NCBI GenBank assembly: GCA_021513695.1
Contig: CP084166.1
Location: 960,001 to 1,024,000, forward strand
Source: Candidatus Heimdallarchaeum aukensis
GTDB lineage: Archaea > Asgardarchaeota > Heimdallarchaeia > Heimdallarchaeales > Heimdallarchaeaceae
Direction: 5' to 3'
Length of the DNA stretch: 64,000 nt
Below are positions 60,050 to 64,000 of this stretch, piece after piece (position 1 is the first letter of the stretch; each line of letters opens with the position of its first letter). The notes beneath the pieces are model-generated. The model worked only from the letters and a program-made list of their open reading frames with translations. It was not told the DNA's origin and did not search any database. A program made the position numbers and the translations under genes.

Positions 60050-61462
60050 ATGTCTTATCTTTTAGATGAGTTAAAGAGGAAAAAACAAGCTGAAACCGAC
60101 GAAACCATTGATAAAATACTTCTAATGGGACTTCAAGAAGCTGGAAAAACAGCTATTAAAGATGTTGTTTTTTTTGATAAAGATCCTGAAGAAGTTGTAG
60201 AATATATGGCAACAACTCATTATCAAAGACAAATCATTGGAGACAAAAAAAAGAATTTACTTATCGATTCAGGAGGACAAGAAACTTACTGGAACGAAGC
60301 AGTAACATATTTTCGCTACTTGATTTTTTCTAATGCTAAAATCCTTATTTGGGTGGTAGATTTAACTCATCCTGAACTTTTTGATGAATCAGAAAGAAGA
60401 TTTAGCTTCACAATTAGACAATTTAAGAAAGAGAACAAAGATGGAAAGGTCTATGTTTTTTGTCATAAAGCTGATGTTGTTGAACCAGAAAAACTAGATG
60501 CAGTAGTTGAGCATGTAAAAGAACTGTTATCTGATCCCAAATTTGAGATTGAATTTAAAATTACATCAATATTCAAAAAAAATGAGTTAAAGCAAATAAT
60601 GAATAAAATTCTCGAAGAATCTTCAATTGATCAAGAACAAATAGAACTTGTCACTGATGTTGAAAAGAAAATTGAAGAAAGCCCTGAATTTGTTAAATTT
60701 CTAGAAGAACATAAAGCAGATCCACGAGTTAAAGAACTCATGGAATATATTAAACCTCAACCAAAACAATATTTACCTTCATTTGGGAAAGTAGAAGTAG
60801 ATGTGAACCTTGAAAATTATGGTATTATTGAAATCATTATACTTGATAAAGAAACATTGAAGCCAGCAATAGGAGCTTCATCACATATCATCTCTAATAA
60901 AAAACAATCATTTGAATATATTCTGGCTCTTAATTATTTTAAAAACTTAATAAAATCAAAAGAACAGAAAATTGAAGCTCTTGGAAGTACCTTTAGTTAT
61001 CCTGAAGGTGAAGTTCATGCATTGATTTTTAATTTGAAGAATAGTTACATTATAATTACCTCATTTAATGAAATAGATGAAAACATAAAAAAGGAATTAT
61101 ACAAATTTATTCTCAAATTTTCAGATGAAATGGTAAAAGAAAAATCACTCGTTAAAGAAGAAAGCATTTCTAAACCCCCTAGTATAGCAACTGAACAAAG
61201 CGTTGAAATAGAACAATCAATAGCCCAAGAAGTGAAAAAAGATGAAAAGAAGGTTTTTGCAGAAGAAGTTTCTTCAACGCAAAAAGAAACTTTAGTCAAA
61301 GAAGATGAAGAACAAAAACAAATGATAAAACAAGTCTCCTCTGAAAAAGCTAAATTAGAAGAAAAGAAAAATGGAGTAGGTTTAGATATTACAGAGAGAG
61401 ACATAACTAAAATAGCTAAATTTCTATATGATCAGCTGGATAAAGAAAAAAAAGAAGAGTGA
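60050..61462 (+). CDS. Rag/Gtr-like GTPase with a C-terminal roadblock-like domain and an acidic/lysine-rich tail.
   Basis: G1 'GLQEAGKT', G3 'DSGGQE', G4 'CHKADV' (HKxD as in Rag/Gtr), 'ITSIF' after the G domain. CRD '…YGIIEIIILD…VHALIFNLKNSYIIITSF'. SD AGGAG before ATG 60050. Confidence 0.7.
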   Translation: MSYLLDELKRKKQAETDETIDKILLMGLQEAGKTAIKDVVFFDKDPEEVVEYMATTHYQRQIIGDKKKNLLIDSGGQETYWNEAVTYFRYLIFSNAKILIWVVDLTHPELFDESERRFSFTIRQFKKENKDGKVYVFCHKADVVEPEKLDAVVEHVKELLSDPKFEIEFKITSIFKKNELKQIMNKILEESSIDQEQIELVTDVEKKIEESPEFVKFLEEHKADPRVKELMEYIKPQPKQYLPSFGKVEVDVNLENYGIIEIIILDKETLKPAIGASSHIISNKKQSFEYILALNYFKNLIKSKEQKIEALGSTFSYPEGEVHALIFNLKNSYIIITSFNEIDENIKKELYKFILKFSDEMVKEKSLVKEESISKPPSIATEQSVEIEQSIAQEVKKDEKKVFAEEVSSTQKETLVKEDEEQKQMIKQVSSEKAKLEEKKNGVGLDITERDITKIAKFLYDQLDKEKKEE

Positions 61463-62686
61463 TTAAACTGGTCTACTTTTTCCAATACTTCTGTATTCAC
61501 AGTTATTGTCAAGAAGAATTGGAATCTCTCTCATTTCAGTTATACATTCATGAATTGGGTATAATTCTATAGTTGTAGTACCAAATCCTTTCTTAATTTG
61601 AATTGCATGCTCAAAATTATCAGCATTCTCTAAAGCTACCTCTAATATTGATTTATGTAATTCTCTTCCACAAATGTCACATTTAAAGTAAATTTGCTTA
61701 TTGATCTTGGTTTCTAATTGTTCTTTGTTTAATATGTTATGAGATTCGAAAAAGGTAATCAATTTATCTTTAACCTTTATTTTAGCAACAGAGATGACTT
61801 CTTCTGTTTTGAACATTTTTCTCATTTGATCACAAATTTCATGAAAAGTAGAAATCTGCTGATTTAACTGTTCTTGCGAAGAAAAAACTGAAGTAATGAC
61901 AAGGTCTTCTTCGATTTCTCTAATAAATATCCTTGAGTCACTCAAAGAAAAGACAATATAATTCAAATCAAGACTAGGTGAGTAGATCTTAACTAGTTCA
62001 GAGCGTAATCTGGAAAGATTGAGATTAACTTCTTTTTCTGGTTCAGAGTATAAAACCAAACCTTTGGAAGTTGATAGGGTTAGAAGATTTAGATTATATT
62101 CTGATACTATCTCTTGAATGTTAGAAGCTTTTGTTAGGTCTCTAGGATAAACAACAGAAAAAATTCTTTGCATTGCATCCCATATATTCTCTTCAAAGAT
62201 AGAAGTTTCATAGATTTCAGAATTGGGATACTTGCTCAACTCAAAAATATCTTTAATTGAACGTGTAATAGCAGCCCTTTTGTCAACAGGAACAACATCC
62301 ATTTTATGGGCGAAAACATAGATTCTAGCGCTAGAACCAATTTTTTTAAGATTATCCAAAGTAAGATCAAAATAATATTTAGAACGCATGATGTTAGAAG
62401 CATCAGAAATATCAACAACATAAATCAAAGCTTTAAGGTCACTAAAAGTTCTTTCAGTATATTTCTCAAAAAGCTCATTTAAATAAGAAGATTGACCTCC
62501 TACATCAACAAGATTAATAGAACTTCCTGCAAAATTGAAAAGCTTACGATTAATTCGAACTGTAGCAGGATTAAGAGAAGTTGCTTGAGGAGCAAAGCCT
62601 TCAAAAACAACTTGACGAATAGAAGTTTTACCAGATTGAGATAACCCCAGAATAACAATTTTTGATTGAAGTGAACGATCATTCAT
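61463..62686 (-). CDS. Rag/Gtr-like GTPase with a C-terminal roadblock-like domain and a terminal zinc ribbon.
   Basis: G1 'GLSQSGKTS', G3 'LVDVGGQ', 'LIYVVDI', G4 'AHKMDV'. '…YETSIFEENIWDAMQRIFSVVYPR' parallels RagA '[21 protein letters not shown]'. 'CDICG…' zinc ribbon. Confidence 0.8.
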   Translation of the reverse strand: MNDRSLQSKIVILGLSQSGKTSIRQVVFEGFAPQATSLNPATVRINRKLFNFAGSSINLVDVGGQSSYLNELFEKYTERTFSDLKALIYVVDISDASNIMRSKYYFDLTLDNLKKIGSSARIYVFAHKMDVVPVDKRAAITRSIKDIFELSKYPNSEIYETSIFEENIWDAMQRIFSVVYPRDLTKASNIQEIVSEYNLNLLTLSTSKGLVLYSEPEKEVNLNLSRLRSELVKIYSPSLDLNYIVFSLSDSRIFIREIEEDLVITSVFSSQEQLNQQISTFHEICDQMRKMFKTEEVISVAKIKVKDKLITFFESHNILNKEQLETKINKQIYFKCDICGRELHKSILEVALENADNFEHAIQIKKGFGTTTIELYPIHECITEMREIPILLDNNCEYRSIGKSRPV

Positions 62687-63344
62687 TATATAATAATTAA
62701 ATCATACGAACTTAAAAAAGTGATTATTATCAAATTTATTTTGCAAAAAAAAGTAATTTCTATTATTCTTTATGCTAAAGGGTATTTGGAAATAAAACAT
62801 GCTTATTACACCCTATTCAAAAATTCAAACTAGTACTTAAAATAACTAAAATAATTTTAGTAAAAGTGAATTTAACATCTATCTAAATCTTAATAAAATT
62901 TTAACATTGTTTGAATTCGGTGGCAAAAAATGGGTGAATACGTTTGTCTACAAAGATTTTATGAATAATAAAGTATTCTCACTTAGCAGACCCACTAAAA
63001 AGCCACAGCAGTATTTTTCTAGCTACTTGGAGTTAATAGGTAATACACCTTTAGTTTTTTTGAATAAGGTGAGTAAAGCTATTAACCACGAACTCTATGA
63101 TTTACTTTTTTACGTAAAGTTTTTCGCGCTCTGTCTTGCAAGAGAGAAAACAAGTAAAAGTTTAATCTCTTGAACTCAACCAAGCCATACAATGCTATGA
63201 AGAGGATGAGACAGACATCATACACGAATCGTGGGAATCATAAAGAAGAAAAGAACTAAAAACTCTTTTCTTCACTCCACGAGAGACAAAAAGAAAGAAA
63301 GATTTCCTCCTCCTACAGGAGAGAATTTGTCCTTTCGTTTTTGT

Positions 63345-64000
63345 CTACTGGGACTGCAACCAATGGCTGAGCCCTAGGCAAACAGTGAAATGGGTAGAAC
63401 TGTATCTTTGACCAGTGAGGTAATCAGTGATAGTGTTTCCTTGAGGACTGAAAAGAGCACCAAGGAACTTACGAGCGATATTCATTGCTCCTGTGAGGTC
63501 AGAGTGGAAAGTGTAATTGCAAGAAGAACAATGAACTAAACCTCTTACTGGACGGACAACTTTCCTTCCACAACGAGCACAGTGAGAAGATGTCCCTTTT
63601 TCCTCTATCGTTAATATTCGGTGAGGGTCAAAACCTCTTAATATTAGTGCCCGACGGAGAAGAGTAAGAACAAGGTAAAAATTCCACTGATGAAGTTTCC
63701 TGCGAAACTTACGAGTACTTTTACCTTTCTCTTTTCCTTTCTCCTCGCGAACATGTTTAGGGTAACCTACAACGACGAAAAGGTCATACATTCGCGCATA
63801 GGTCTCTATCGTCTGCACAACCTCACTTACAAATTGGTAAATATAGGCTCGTTTAACGTTTCTATATCTTCTTCGAAGAAGACTAAGAAAACGATAAACT
63901 TGATGTTTTTTACCCGACTGGTCGTTTAAAGCTGCTTTTCTCTGAAGACGGGAAAGTTTGACTTTATATCGATGGTTGACTCTATTCCACTGTTTGGTAT
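63345..64000 (-). CDS. tnpB: TnpB-like (IS200/IS605 OrfB family) protein, C-terminal ~215 aa. The gene continues past the 3' window edge.
   Basis: Minus-strand frame is open to the window end ('TKQWNRVNHRYKVKLSRLQRKAALNDQSGKK…'). Zinc finger 'CARCGRKV…CSSCN'; RuvC-III-like 'SDLTGAMNIA'. Confidence 0.65.
   Translation of the reverse strand, partial: TKQWNRVNHRYKVKLSRLQRKAALNDQSGKKHQVYRFLSLLRRRYRNVKRAYIYQFVSEVVQTIETYARMYDLFVVVGYPKHVREEKGKEKGKSTRKFRRKLHQWNFYLVLTLLRRALILRGFDPHRILTIEEKGTSSHCARCGRKVVRPVRGLVHCSSCNYTFHSDLTGAMNIARKFLGALFSPQGNTITDYLTGQRYSSTHFTVCLGLSHWLQSQ

Noticed and set aside
63300-63330. 12-13-nt identity (TCCTACAGGAGA) between the duplicated CRISPR spacer (145-179) and a sequence just downstream of the TnpB-like gene. 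Possible self-targeting protospacer.
   Set aside because: The match breaks after 12-13 nt of a 35-nt spacer, which is within chance expectation in 64 kb. It needs a full-genome spacer BLAST before any claim.

Overview
This is a 64 kb, strongly AT-rich window (roughly 30% GC by eye) with archaeal-type gene organisation. Short operons carry GGTGA-like Shine-Dalgarno sequences; many genes encode zinc-ribbon proteins or surface proteins with a C-terminal transmembrane anchor. It opens with a 25-repeat CRISPR array (29-bp repeat, 34-40-bp spacers, one spacer duplicated in tandem) that runs off the 5' window edge. No canonical cas gene is visible in the window. Two uncharacterised genes flank the array. 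Recognisable content that follows: a DMT transporter, a HIT-family protein, and a 700-aa secreted protein with two near-identical Ig-like domains and a C-terminal caspase-like (clan CD) peptidase domain (a secreted paralog lies at 34.8 kb). Then come an orphan C-terminal fragment of an actin gene, an IS6-like insertion sequence with inverted repeats, and an M14 carboxypeptidase. A roughly 9 kb sulfur-relay / heterodisulfide-reductase-like cluster follows: 3 TusA, 3 DsrE-like, an SQR-like flavoprotein, a cysteine-poor MvhD-like protein, two HdrA paralogs and an HdrC-like FeS/cytochrome-b-like fusion. The middle of the window carries a CbiMQO-type ECF transporter (CbiM fused to a PDGLE domain), a PadR regulator, MFS and ABC transporters, a creatininase-family protein, a beta-helix surface protein, a HAD hydrolase, a nitrilase-family CN-hydrolase, and two TnpB-like (IS200/IS605-type) genes. 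One TnpB-like gene is frameshifted and lies next to a 70-nt polypurine tract; the other runs off the 3' edge. The most interesting region is 52.9-62.7 kb, a GTPase/roadblock island. It holds a Roadblock/LC7 protein, a 7-TM membrane protein, a GC-rich candidate ncRNA, a divergent small GTPase, and a 1535-aa single-pass membrane protein (many extracellular Ig-like repeats, a cytoplasmic roadblock-like domain). It ends with two convergent Rag/Gtr-like GTPases (HKxD G4 motif, 'TSIW/FxE' signature, C-terminal roadblock domains). Together with the actin fragment this points, by inference, to an Asgard (Lokiarchaeia-like) archaeon. The island looks like a candidate prokaryotic Rag-Ragulator-like membrane signalling module. 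All calls are from reading the sequence and the ORF track by eye; no database searches were run.
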